Below the pieces are notes generated by a model. The model did not search any database and was not told the DNA's origin. It saw only the letters and a program-made list of their open reading frames with translations. Both the position numbers and the translations under genes were made by a program. Below are positions 17,736 to 28,037 of a stretch of 64,000 nt of DNA, in pieces (position 1 is the first letter of the stretch; each line of letters opens with the position of its first letter). The DNA lies in IMG/VR virus record IMGVR_UViG_3300044734_000006, positions 15,088-79,087 of that record; one strand, 5' to 3'. The stretch comes from a virus.

Positions 17736-18079
17736 ATCACGCTGCGGTACGGCGAGCTTGAGTGCGGTGGGCGGTCAACTCAGACTGGCTCCGGTGGGAC
17801 GGCCTTGTCGATACGCGCGCAGAGGTCACGATCCTCCGCGAAGATTGACCCCACGCCCCACTGCCCTCGTGCCTCTCGTAGCAGAACGGTGAGTTCGCCT
17901 GTGTGTGCCTTGGCTGCGTCCGCCTCTGCCTCCATCGCCGTGAGCCTAGCCTCTAACTCAGCGATCCGGGCCAGCCTCTCCCGTTCGATCGCCATGCACC
18001 ACTCGTCGGAGTGGGTACGGCGCGGCTCGTCGGTCATCGGTCCTCCTCCTCGGGTCGGCAACGGAGATGTGACGGGGTG

Positions 18080-18117
18080 TTGCATATAAGGCTGGTTATG
18101 CGTATACTACTGGCATG
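18080..18117 (+). promoter_or_regulatory. Leaderless sigma70-type promoter
   Basis: TTGCAT-17-TATACT-6nt-ATG; 21 bp (18102-18122) identical to 41669-41689 on the minus strand. Confidence 0.8.
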
Positions 18118-18260
18118 GACACCACACCACGGAGCACCGAGATGACCAGCAGCCCCAGCCGCCAGTGCGTAACCCCCGGTTGCACCAACACCACCACCCA
18201 CATCATCTGCGCGAAGTGCGAGACCAAGGCCCGCATCCTCGTCAACCGCCTCACTCGGCC

Positions 18261-18539
18261 ATGAGCATCACCGCCCCCGCCGTCGCCGACCCCGTCTACC
18301 TCTGCGTCTACTGCGAGCGGTTGTTCGACGAGCCTGCCGAGTTCCGGGCACACAGCCTCGCCGACCATCCCGCCGAGTGGACCGACGTGGCCGAACTTGA
18401 CTGGGAGATCGCCGATCAGGCACGGATCTACACATGGGCCGAGGAGATGGAGCGTCGCAACCTCGTTCTGCGTGCCATCCGCGGGCACTACGGCTATATC
18501 CCCGACCAGAGTGCCGTGCTCGCCGACTGGCCTCGCTGA
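18261..18539 (+). CDS. C2H2 Zn-finger protein
   Basis: YLCVYCERLF...FRAHSLADH. Confidence 0.65.
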   Translation: MSITAPAVADPVYLCVYCERLFDEPAEFRAHSLADHPAEWTDVAELDWEIADQARIYTWAEEMERRNLVLRAIRGHYGYIPDQSAVLADWPR

Positions 18540-18842
18540 GTGCCATTCACCACCAACCACCTCACGAGGACACAAGGCATGTGCAACCGAGCTGATCAAT
18601 CCGAGCCCATCAGCCTTCCACGCGAGGTAGTCAGGGAGGATGTGGCGTGGTTCTCCCCCAAGCGCGATGGGGCCGTCCTCTACGGCAACGCCGATCGGGC
18701 GATCATTCGTGGCGACGCGACCATCTACGGCAACGTTGTGGAACTCCACACACGGCCGGGAGCGAGGGTCACGATCTACGGCAATGTGCTGGTGGATCGC
18801 TCGTCTCGTGGCACGGTGACTTGGATGAACGGGAGTCGCTAA

Positions 18843-19049
18843 ATGCCACGCCCCCGCTCCGTCGAGATCGTCCCGGCGATCCTCAGCGATGGCCTGCGGC
18901 AGTGCCCCCAGTGCCTGCTCTGGTTCGCCGTCCTCACCGCTGACCCGGATCGCCCCAGCCGTGGACGACGTGACCGTGTCTACTGCTCGGCTACCTGTCG
19001 GACGCTGGCATCGCGAGATCGAGTATCCATTTCTCCCAGCCCGGAGTAG
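18843..19049 (+). CDS. CGNR-type Zn-finger DNA-binding protein
   Basis: CPQCLLWF...YCSATCRTLASR. Confidence 0.7.
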   Translation: MPRPRSVEIVPAILSDGLRQCPQCLLWFAVLTADPDRPSRGRRDRVYCSATCRTLASRDRVSISPSPE

Positions 19050-19072
19050 CCCGTCGCCAACTGGATACTGGC

Positions 19073-20806
19073 TCACGCCTCTTCCTCAGTTTTTGGAGAC
19101 TCCATCGGCAGGATGGCCAGGGTCGGCTGCTCGCGTGCCATCGACCACTCATGGACCACCTCGGTAACCTCATCGGTGGCGGCGTAGTAGCGGGGGCCAG
19201 TGAGGCGCTCCTGCCCCACCGCGGGCGGATAGAGAGCCTTGGCGATGGCAGGGATTTTCTTGCCCGAGCGCCACATGGCGATGATCTGATCCGCCAGCGC
19301 GTCTCCAACGCGCGCACGCGCCTGCGCGCGAGAAACACCCGAAACAAGATCAGATTCGCCGTTTCCGACGTCCCGTGTCGGGGCATCCAGAAACAGGGTC
19401 TTGGGGGGTGTTATGGCCCCGAAAAACGGGTTTTCGAGCCTGTTTCCGCTTGCCCCGTTCGATCGCTGCGCGGCGGCCATCCGCGCCACCTCGACGAGGT
19501 CATCCGCCTCCAGGCGGGGGATGTTCAGCCGCACCGGACCGACGCCCGGAGCGAAGACCACGGCCTCGCCCTGCTCCAGCGTGTTGATGCCCTCGGGGAG
19601 GCTGGCTGAGCGCATCCCGGAGACCATGCGAGCGTCGATGGTGCGGCAGCGGTGGATGATCCCCGCGGAGAGCACGTCCCGGACCATACCGCCGCCGACC
19701 GACGCTGTGGCCCACTGCTGGGCGAGAAGCAGGGCGATCACGGAGCGCTGTGGACCGGCCTGCAGGATGTCCGCGAGCATGCGGGGCAGTTCGGTGGCGA
19801 GCTCTCCGCGGAGGGTGGTGGTCCACTCGTCCATAGCGAGCACCAGGAGGCGTTCCTTGGGAGCCGGCTCGCCGGGACCGTGGTCCTTGCGCCACTGCAT
19901 CTGCCGCTTCTGTCGCACCTTCAACTCGCCGTGGACGGTGCGGACTGCGGAGAGGATGGCCTTGTCGTCCACAGCGGTCGGGAGCAGGAACAGGCCCGCC
20001 TCCTCGAGCGGTGCTAGGCGGGTGGCGAGGCTGCGCTTGCTGCCGGCTTGGGGGTCGCAGAGGACGTGATCGGCACCGCGGAGGACGTGCTGGGCGATGA
20101 TGCCGGCGGCGGTGTTCGACTTGCCAAAGTTCGGCATGCCGGCGATGCCGATGGAGAACTCCTCCGCGCCCTCGTGGCGGACGTCTCCGCTCTCGCCGTA
20201 GCCCAGTAGGAGGGGACGGTTGCCGCCCACCTCGCCGGCCGCGATCAGCCTGCCGAACGGAGGCACGTCCGGGATGCGCGAGATGGTCAGTGCGGGCTCC
20301 TCGGTGAGCGCCGTGGGGCCGGTGATCCGCGGCGAGTTGACGGTGTGCAGGTTCACCAGCCCGTGCGGCAGGGCGGGGTTGACGGCCAGCAGGTTGCGGG
20401 TCTGCACGGCTGCGGAGTTGACGGCAATGCGGAGTTCCGGCGTCAGGCCGCGGTACGCCACTGCCCCGGTCGCCTTGTCCGGCATGTCGCGGTTGTGCCA
20501 GAGATGCAGCCCACCAGCGACGGCCCCGGCAGGCACGCAGACGGTCAGGGTGGCCAGCGCCCCGATCTCGAGCAGCCGCAGCCAGGTCGAGGCGCGGTCG
20601 ACATGCCACTCCGAGTCGAGCTTGGCGTTCGCAGCGTCGATCTGGGCCTGTTTCTGCTCCTGCGAGAGGTGGAGGGCCTGCGCCTGCGTCTCGATCTTGA
20701 TCTGCTCGGGCGTTGGGCCGGGCGTCTTGAGCGAGTTCCACGTCCAGCCGATGCCGAGGGCGCAGAACCCGGCCGCTGCGAGAGAGCCAGCCATGCGAAC
20801 ACTCAC
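19073..20806 (-). CDS. Second FtsK/HerA-superfamily ATPase (TraB-like) with N-terminal TM segments and a C-terminal HTH-like tail
   Basis: IGIAGMPNFGKSN (Walker A), VLCDP, LVLAMDEW (Walker B), ALLLAQ; the family R-finger region reads QAGPQRS. Confidence 0.75.
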   Translation of the reverse strand: MSVRMAGSLAAAGFCALGIGWTWNSLKTPGPTPEQIKIETQAQALHLSQEQKQAQIDAANAKLDSEWHVDRASTWLRLLEIGALATLTVCVPAGAVAGGLHLWHNRDMPDKATGAVAYRGLTPELRIAVNSAAVQTRNLLAVNPALPHGLVNLHTVNSPRITGPTALTEEPALTISRIPDVPPFGRLIAAGEVGGNRPLLLGYGESGDVRHEGAEEFSIGIAGMPNFGKSNTAAGIIAQHVLRGADHVLCDPQAGSKRSLATRLAPLEEAGLFLLPTAVDDKAILSAVRTVHGELKVRQKRQMQWRKDHGPGEPAPKERLLVLAMDEWTTTLRGELATELPRMLADILQAGPQRSVIALLLAQQWATASVGGGMVRDVLSAGIIHRCRTIDARMVSGMRSASLPEGINTLEQGEAVVFAPGVGPVRLNIPRLEADDLVEVARMAAAQRSNGASGNRLENPFFGAITPPKTLFLDAPTRDVGNGESDLVSGVSRAQARARVGDALADQIIAMWRSGKKIPAIAKALYPPAVGQERLTGPRYYAATDEVTEVVHEWSMAREQPTLAILPMESPKTEEEA

Positions 20807-21017
20807 GGCGCTGGCTCGGTGGTGCCCAAGACGTCGTCGATGTCGGCGACCGCCTTGCGGATGGACTTGGCCCAATCGTCCACGGGTGGCATTTCCTTGG
20901 AGTATCCGACGATCACCGCGCGCATCTCTCGCAGTAGCACTGTCAGGTCGGTGATGAGCGCTTCCCGTGCCAAGCACTCGGGGCAGTCGTAGGCGAAGCG
21001 GTGAACATGACGCCCCT

Positions 21018-21287
21018 TCATGCCGCGTCGTTCCTCCCGCCTCGGATGGCCAGCGCCTCTTGGCTGGGGATGCGGTAGACGTCTGGCCGGTGGACGATCA
21101 CGCCGCGGACTGGCCTAGCGGCAGGCCGGTAGACCGCGGGCTGGCTGATGCGGACAAGCGCCCACACGAAGCCGAGCAGGAACATCGGGATGCCGACGTC
21201 GGCCATCAGCAGTTGCCAGATGGGGGCGCCGAGAGCGTGCCCGACGACCGTGGCCGCGGCGACGAGCAGGGCGGCAGCCGGGATCAT
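21018..21287 (-). CDS. Two-TM membrane protein
   Basis: MIPAAALLVAAA...; SD GGAGGG. Confidence 0.6.
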   Translation of the reverse strand: MIPAAALLVAAATVVGHALGAPIWQLLMADVGIPMFLLGFVWALVRISQPAVYRPAARPVRGVIVHRPDVYRIPSQEALAIRGGRNDAA

Positions 21288-22295
21288 TCGTCGCCCTCCT
21301 CGGCGTTCGCTGCATCTGCACGGATCTCCTCCAGCACCTCGTCCGGGTGACACATCGCCACCCGGATCGAGGCACGGATGACCCGCGAGAGGGCGAGGAG
21401 CCGGGCGGGCTCGGTGACGATGCTGCCGTATAGAGCGAAGGCCCGCGCCGTCATGTCTCGCAGCCAGTCGCGCTCGGCGCCTCCGAGGTAGGTCCGTACC
21501 GCGTGCTTCCGCGTCCCGCCCGCCATCTCGGTCAGAAACTGCCGATTCCGCGCGCCTGCATCGGACTGCCGTGCTCGTCCGTGATGCGAACGATCGTGGC
21601 CTCGTTCGACCCGACCCGCCGCTTGAGGTACTTGACCTTCTCGTGGAACTCGTCCCACGTCATCTCGGCCTCGAAGACGATGGTGGCGGTGCGGTGGTTC
21701 TCCTCGGGAACGTCCGAGTGTGTCGCCGCGCCGGCGAGGTTGGTCCGGGGTGCCATGGGCTGTGCCTCCGTGGGTTGGTGATGGTGCGGATCATACAGGG
21801 CTCGGGGGTTGCAGGGCTACGGGGCCGCGGTAGTGCGATGCCGTGGCATTCCCATGCGCGTCCGCCCACACGTGATGCGCACCTGACCCGCGTCACACGT
21901 GTGCGTGCGAGGATCGCGGGTCAGATCCAGCCCGTAGAGTTGCACCCGAGACCACGGGTTTGCTCACGACTTGCACACCACCACTGCGCATGGTGTATCT
22001 TTCGCAGCGTGACGGCTTGCGCGGATTGGGAAGGTTGCCAGCCACAGAGAGGCGGTGGATCAGCGGCCCGTCTGCTCCGCACCTCGCCACACTCATCCGC
22101 AGATGAGGAGCAAGCCGCCGGGAGACCGCGAACGACAGGCGCATCCCGCACCACCATGCTGACTGACGATGTTATGGCACTTGCAGCGGAACTCTTTGAC
22201 GATCTGCGCTCCCAACAACTTCCATGGACTTGCCCAGCGTGTCAGGCGGTGATGCTGGCGAAGTGCTCCGAGGGTATCGAGGCGCGAGCGCAGCC

Positions 22296-23081
22296 GTGAG
22301 CACCGACCCGAAGCCGTTGTGGCAGATCATGCCCGAGATGAGCGAGGCAGAGTTTCAACGCTTCGTGAGCCGCATCGCTGCGCATGGCTACCTGTCCAGC
22401 CAAGAGGTACTTGTCGACCGCGATGGCCGGATCATCGATGGCCACCACCGGGCTAGGGCCTGCGCGGCACTGGGTATTGAATATCCGCGCCGCGTTCTTG
22501 ACCAGGAGATGACCGACGACGAGAAGTGGGAGATCGTCTGGCTCATCAACGTCTCACGCCGTCACCTGACCCTCGATCAGCAGCGTGACCTCGTCCGCCA
22601 GTGGTTGAAGCGGCACCCTGAGACCTCCAACCGCAGCGTGGCAGCCGACGTAGGTGTGGATGACAAGACTGTCGGCAAGATCAGGGGCGAACTGGAGGCG
22701 TCTGCGGAAATTCCGCAGACGGTGCGTCCCCACCAGCGTCAGGACCAGAGGCGCAACGGTGTGCCTACCGACGATCCGGAGCCTGACACCGTCGAGGCTG
22801 ACGAGCGCGAGTTGATGACCGACGTGGCCGACCACCGCAACGGCGTGTGGTTCGAGGTCACCATCGGCTACCCGGCTCCGAGCCAAGTCGCACGCCAGCG
22901 TGGCGACCTACCGTACTCGCGGGAATCAGAGCGCCGTGAGTGGCACTCCACGCGGCTGTACCTGACCGCTCCAGCCCCGCAGTCTCTGATGGATGGCGCT
23001 TCGGTGGTGAAAGAACTCGCCGAATCCCTCTGGCGTCAGGTGCAGGCCGACCCCTTGCTCACGATGCTGATCCATGCCTGA
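22296..23081 (+). CDS. ParB N-terminal-domain plus HTH protein
   Basis: IIDGHHRARAC, NVSRRHLT, SNRSVAADVGVDDKTVGKIR. Confidence 0.85.
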   Translation: MSTDPKPLWQIMPEMSEAEFQRFVSRIAAHGYLSSQEVLVDRDGRIIDGHHRARACAALGIEYPRRVLDQEMTDDEKWEIVWLINVSRRHLTLDQQRDLVRQWLKRHPETSNRSVAADVGVDDKTVGKIRGELEASAEIPQTVRPHQRQDQRRNGVPTDDPEPDTVEADERELMTDVADHRNGVWFEVTIGYPAPSQVARQRGDLPYSRESERREWHSTRLYLTAPAPQSLMDGASVVKELAESLWRQVQADPLLTMLIHA

Positions 23082-23515
23082 GACGCGCCCGACCTTCGCC
23101 GACGAGGTGGACGCGATGCTGATGGCAGAGCGAGAGCCGCCCGACTACACCATGGCCGCCTCCTGCGTGACGTGCGGCGTGGAGATGCAGCCCGAGCCGG
23201 TGACCACCGAGGCTGGCGTGGTGAACTGGCAGTGCCCAACGTGCCATGTGGTGGTGAAGGTGCGCGTCCGATGAGCGAGCAGGAACGCCGCCGAGCCCGC
23301 GTCTGGACACACAGTGGCTGGGAGGTATGCACGCATGGCGGCATACCGGTGGCCTTCGCCCGGTATCCGTGGCTGCGCGACCCGTCCCACTATCGCGACG
23401 GCGGTCCGGCAGAACCCGGTGATCTCACAGAGCACGAACTATCCGAGCACATCTGCGGGATACGCGGACCGGACGTAGGGCTGCTCTGTCCGCTCGTGCG
23501 ATCGGTGACGAAGGT

Positions 23516-23815
23516 ATGACCGACACGCCCGCGCAGAACGTCTACCCCGAACTTGTGGCCCGCTACCGCGACGCTCGTCGTCAGTACCGTCAGCCCGGTG
23601 TGTCCAACTCTGCGGCTGCACTGGGTATGGATGAGCACGAATACTGCCGCAGGTTCGTCGCGGAGTTGGGACCGATCGTCACGCAGACCAGCACGGTGAG
23701 CATGGCGAACATCGCGTGGCTGGAAGGTGCTGCATACGATGAGGCTGGGTTGCAGGATGCACGTGCGTCGGGGCTGAGCGAGACGGTCGGACGCGCTGGT
23801 CAAGTCAAGCCATGA
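23516..23815 (+). CDS. Hypothetical protein, paralog of 30167-30451
   Basis: RYRDARRQYRQP..EYCRRFVAELG. Confidence 0.7.
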   Translation: MTDTPAQNVYPELVARYRDARRQYRQPGVSNSAAALGMDEHEYCRRFVAELGPIVTQTSTVSMANIAWLEGAAYDEAGLQDARASGLSETVGRAGQVKP

Positions 23816-23909
23816 GGCGCGACCACGACGAGCAGGAAGACCGGCGTGACGCACCCGAGCCCATCGTGCTGCCGCTGCCCGTGCCTCAGCCTGCGGAGCC
23901 CGTACCGGC

Positions 23910-24497
23910 ATGAGCCCTCCGATCGTCGGATACCGCGCATGGCGGGTTGTGGGCGACGAACTGAGCAGCCTGTTCGTCGAGCAGATCGCATGGCCAGCAG
24001 GCGAGCGGATGGTCGCAGAATGCATGCCGCACAGGCTGCATAGCCAGCTAGCGCCGCACGATGCCCCGTGTCAGCAGTGCGACTGCGGCATCTACGCACG
24101 GACGACGCTACCCGGCATCTTCGATGAACTATGGAGTCGCGGGATGGCATCACTGGACACGGTCGTCGGTGCTGTGCTCCTTTATGGCGTCACGTACCAC
24201 GGCAAGAGCGGACCGCACGTCATCCGCGCTCAGTACGCCCAGCCGATCTGCCTGCTTGCCGATGATGCGTGGTACCCGCTCAGGCTGACGGACGATGGTA
24301 TCGACCTGCAGGAGTGGCGGGCCATGCTGGAGCGTGTGTCGCAACGGTATGGGTTGCCGGTCGTGCGGCGTGACAGTATCGAGCGGTACGCAGCGGAGTT
24401 CGGCGAGCCGCTGTGCACGACCGAGGACGAACGGGTCACGCATGCGTCTGCTGATCCCCGTTGGCGCTCCTGGTGGCCGTGGGGCTTGGGATCGTAG
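23910..24497 (+). CDS. Hypothetical phage protein
   Basis: IVGYRAWRV...C..H..P...CDCGIYA pattern. Confidence 0.75.
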   Translation: MSPPIVGYRAWRVVGDELSSLFVEQIAWPAGERMVAECMPHRLHSQLAPHDAPCQQCDCGIYARTTLPGIFDELWSRGMASLDTVVGAVLLYGVTYHGKSGPHVIRAQYAQPICLLADDAWYPLRLTDDGIDLQEWRAMLERVSQRYGLPVVRRDSIERYAAEFGEPLCTTEDERVTHASADPRWRSWWPWGLGS

Positions 24498-24540
24498 TGG
24501 GCGACACCATGCTCGATGTGATCCGCACGCGGACCTGAGC

Positions 24541-25113
24541 GTGCCTCGCTTGCGCTGGACCGACGAGGAGCGTGCCGAGGCCATTCGCCTGTATGAGAAG
24601 GTAGGGCCAGCAGAGGCAGCACGGCGTACCGGGATCCCTCTCGGCACGGTGAAGTCGCTTGCCAAGAGGGCTGGGGTAGCAACCGGATGCATCCCGTCCT
24701 TGGTGGCCGCGACCACAGTCGCTGCACTGACCCTCAAAGATCGCCGGCAGCGGTTCGCGGTCGCCCTCCAAGATCAGGCCGAGAAGTTCCTCGAGCACCT
24801 ATGGGCACCGAGCACGGCGTTCCACTGGGGCACGGTGAGCGAGCAGGACGGAGATGTGACGACCACTCGCACCGAGTTCATGGAGCATATCCTTGAGCGG
24901 CCGACGTTTGGAGATCAGAAGGCGATCATGTCCACCATCTGCATGGCCGTGGACCGATCGATGAAGCTGACTGGCGACGACGCCGCACCTGTGGGGGCGG
25001 GCATCCTCGTCCAGATCCAACAGCGGCTTGCGGGCGGACTGGACGCGCAGACGCGGGTGCAAGTGGCCGCACTGCTCGACACCATCGAGGCCCCGACCGA
25101 GCCGGCGGCATGA
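24541..25113 (+). CDS. Probable terminase small subunit (N-terminal HTH)
   Basis: WTDEERAEAIRLY..GPAEAARRTGIPLGTVKSLA; lies directly upstream of TerL. Confidence 0.65.
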   Translation: MPRLRWTDEERAEAIRLYEKVGPAEAARRTGIPLGTVKSLAKRAGVATGCIPSLVAATTVAALTLKDRRQRFAVALQDQAEKFLEHLWAPSTAFHWGTVSEQDGDVTTTRTEFMEHILERPTFGDQKAIMSTICMAVDRSMKLTGDDAAPVGAGILVQIQQRLAGGLDAQTRVQVAALLDTIEAPTEPAA

Positions 25114-25123
25114 GCGGCTGACT

Positions 25124-25936
25124 GTGGCCACCCTGTCTCCCGCTCGTCGGCTGGCAGCTGCCCTTGACCCGGTGGTGCGGATGCAGCACGGTGGCATGAC
25201 AGCCGACCCGTGGCAGGCGCTGATTCTGCGTACCGAGGCACGGCGTGTCATCGCGCTCACATCGCGCCAGACGGGTAAGTCGACCACGGCTGCCACAGAC
25301 GCCCTGCATACCGCCGAGACCGAGAATAGTGGCGACATCATCATCGCTGCGGCCAAGCAGGATCAGGCAGCAGAGATGTTGCGCAAGTCGAAGGCGCTCT
25401 ACAGCATCGGCGGGAGCATCTACGACGACGACCTCGGCGTCGATTCCGTGCTCCGCATCGAGATGCCGAACCGTTCGCGCATCTTGGCTGTGCCAGGCAA
25501 GGCCGCCACCGTCCGTAGCTTCACAGCGAAGAAGCTCATCGTTGATGAGGCCGCTTACGTCCCAGACGAGTTCTACATGGCTGTCTTCCCAATGCTCGCC
25601 GTGTCGCATGGACGCATCTCGCTATACAGCACTGCGCATGCCAAGTCAGGGGCGTTTTATGACATCTGGACTGAGGCGCCTGAATGGGACTTCCGACTGC
25701 CACCCGAGGCGCAAGAGGAAGCGTGGCTCAAGATCAAGGTGCCGTGGTGGGAGTGTCCACGTATCCGACCGGAGTTCATCGAGGCAGAGCGGCGTAGATT
25801 CGGGGAGCAGTACGTGCTTCGAGAGTATTGTTGCGAGTTCGCCGACGCCATCACCGCTGCCTTCCGCTCCGAGGACATCGAGGCCATGGCGCGCGACGAC
25901 GTGGAGCCGTGGGCCATCGCAGGGTGGGCGCGGTGA
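25124..25936 (+). CDS. Terminase large subunit, ATPase half
   Basis: PWQ, SRQTGKST, LIVDEAA, YST coupling motif, REYCCEF; no nuclease domain. Confidence 0.9.
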   Translation: MATLSPARRLAAALDPVVRMQHGGMTADPWQALILRTEARRVIALTSRQTGKSTTAATDALHTAETENSGDIIIAAAKQDQAAEMLRKSKALYSIGGSIYDDDLGVDSVLRIEMPNRSRILAVPGKAATVRSFTAKKLIVDEAAYVPDEFYMAVFPMLAVSHGRISLYSTAHAKSGAFYDIWTEAPEWDFRLPPEAQEEAWLKIKVPWWECPRIRPEFIEAERRRFGEQYVLREYCCEFADAITAAFRSEDIEAMARDDVEPWAIAGWAR

Positions 25937-25973
25937 TCCTGTGGCAGATCGCGTCTGCGCCTACTCTGCCCGG

Positions 25974-26195
25974 ATGCCTGAGTTGGACATCGATGCAGCC
26001 AACGGTCTCTGGTACTGCGCAGTCCGCGATGGCCTCGTGGAGATGTACGCCGAGGACGCGTCCACATGGGCGCTGACCGACCGCGGGCTGGAGGTGGCCT
26101 ACCGGCGGGCGTTCACGCAGGGCGCGGATCCAGAGTTCCTCTCTGCGAGCCAACTTATCTCCCTCGCGGTGTACGGCATCACGGACATGGGGTGA
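25974..26195 (+). CDS. Small moron between the terminase halves
   Basis: ATG 6 nt after TACTCT; WALTDRG is wHTH-wing-like. Confidence 0.6.
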   Translation: MPELDIDAANGLWYCAVRDGLVEMYAEDASTWALTDRGLEVAYRRAFTQGADPEFLSASQLISLAVYGITDMG

Positions 26196-26222
26196 GTCCG
26201 TATCCAATGGATACTGGCCCTG

Positions 26223-27071
26223 ATGCGGCTTAGGGTAGGAGTCGACCTTGGCAAGGTGAATGACTCTAGCGCTGTGACCGTGTGTGAGGTGACCGACGCA
26301 CCCGCAGCGCTGGGTCATGTTACCGCAGCGGACGTGGACTCGATGAGCATCGGTATCGACCCGCTCAGCCCACTCGGCATCCTTGGCGTGAGGCATACGC
26401 AGCCGGTGTACATCGACCCGCTCGACCACCTGCCAGGACCGCGCGTGCCGTCGCTCGAACCGCTCTACACGGCACGTCACATCGAGCGCGCACCGCTCGG
26501 CACACCTTATACCGACGTGGCGATCGGCGTGAGGGTCATCGTCCAGTGGCTCCGGCAGCAGTTTCCTCGCATCGTGCCAGAACTCTACGTCGATGCCACG
26601 GGGGTCGGTATCCCGGTGGTGGACATCCTGCGGCGAGAACTGGCAGGCATTTCGCATCGGCTCGTGCCAGTCACGATCGTCAGCGGGGACGGGTATCACG
26701 ACGTGGTCACGGCAGACGGTGCGGACCGCAAGGGCAGGGTCGTGCCGAGAAGTGCGCGGGGGCTGAAGGTCGGCAAGGGCTTCCTCGTGTCGCGGTTGCA
26801 GGCGTTGCTGCAGACGCAGCGCCTTGTCGGTCCGCGTACGATGGTCGCCGAGTTGCAGGACGAGTTGCGGGTGTTCGAGACGCGGGCGAAGGAGGGGCGG
26901 GACGTGTATGGCGCGAAGGTGGGGGCGCACGATGACCTAGTTTTGTCTGCTGCTCTCGCCGTGCTTGACAGACCGCGGCAGGATGCACGCCGCGTGGTGG
27001 AGACGCTGGAGACGATCAGCGGCCCGAGCATCGTCGGTGGCGGGCCGGCGGGAGCGTGGGACATTGGCTGA
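26223..27071 (+). CDS. Terminase large subunit, RNase H-like nuclease half
   Basis: VGVDLGKVNDSSA, YVDATGVG, HDDLVLSAALA. Confidence 0.88.
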   Translation: MRLRVGVDLGKVNDSSAVTVCEVTDAPAALGHVTAADVDSMSIGIDPLSPLGILGVRHTQPVYIDPLDHLPGPRVPSLEPLYTARHIERAPLGTPYTDVAIGVRVIVQWLRQQFPRIVPELYVDATGVGIPVVDILRRELAGISHRLVPVTIVSGDGYHDVVTADGADRKGRVVPRSARGLKVGKGFLVSRLQALLQTQRLVGPRTMVAELQDELRVFETRAKEGRDVYGAKVGAHDDLVLSAALAVLDRPRQDARRVVETLETISGPSIVGGGPAGAWDIG

Positions 27072-27674
27072 GGTGCTGGTGGATCATGCCAAGGACAACG
27101 GGTTGATTGCAGACGCGGGTGACAGGTGGATCGGTGGTCACGGGATCACATGCCGCCGCCTCGCCGGTACGGGCCGTTGGATCTACTGCAAGTACTGCTA
27201 CAAGAGCGTTGCGCCGTGGACACTGGAGGAGACCGTACCGGAGACGGGCGTGTGGCGGATGGTCTGCTGCGGAGAGTGCGGGGCAGGCTTGACACGGTCT
27301 GAGCAGGTAGAATCGGGATATGAGTGAGATCGTCGAGGAGCGCCGGTGCCGTTCTGGCAGCCAGATAGAGGAGCGTGATGACAATCGCGGACGATCGGCC
27401 TGATTGCGTGACGTGTGGGGCTAGTCTTACGGGTGCTGCCGACGTGGCCTACTGCAAGGTCTGCCGTGTAGAGGCTGCCGCGGCCCGCTGGTTTACGAGT
27501 GGTGAGCGATACGGAGACGTTTTGGCTGCTACTGGGGTTGACGATGGCGAACTCGAAGAGGCACTTGAGCGCAGGTTTGACCGTATACTGGCGATCGTCA
27601 ACCGGATGTGCGGTCTGTCAGCGACAGATACGACTAGGTACCCGCCGCCTTAGTCAAGCATTTGGGATCTAGTG

Positions 27675-28037
27675 CTAGGCAAGGGTGTGGGACAGCGGCC
27701 CCACACTCCCGTCTGCGCTAGACCAGTAGAATGTCACCACCGTTCCTGTCTCCCGCTGGCTAGGCCTGTGCTTCAGGTAGCAGCCAATGTGTCGCGGTAT
27801 GGGTTCTAGGTTCGTGCAGACCGGGCACTCGATGCGGTGATCTAGATGTCCCTCTACGTTCTGGAAGGCGTGGTCGCAGCGCCATCCCACCACCCGTGAT
27901 GGATGGCTCCGCTCGCAGTTCTGACAGGGTGGCATCTTGCTGCAATGGTGGTCGTCCATGCATCTCTGGCACAGACGCTTCACGCAGTGTGGACATCGAC
28001 CCACGCTATCCACCCCGCAACCACGAGAGCACCTCAT
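27675..28037 (-). CDS. Cys-rich moron (multiple Zn-binding motifs)
   Basis: ATG 7 nt after TAGAAT; several CxxC; lower GC. Confidence 0.6.
   Translation of the reverse strand: MRCSRGCGVDSVGRCPHCVKRLCQRCMDDHHCSKMPPCQNCERSHPSRVVGWRCDHAFQNVEGHLDHRIECPVCTNLEPIPRHIGCYLKHRPSQRETGTVVTFYWSSADGSVGPLSHTLA

Noticed and set aside
25936-26223. Intron splitting the terminase
   Set aside because: No group I or II core seen; the spacer is a small gene with its own -10 box.
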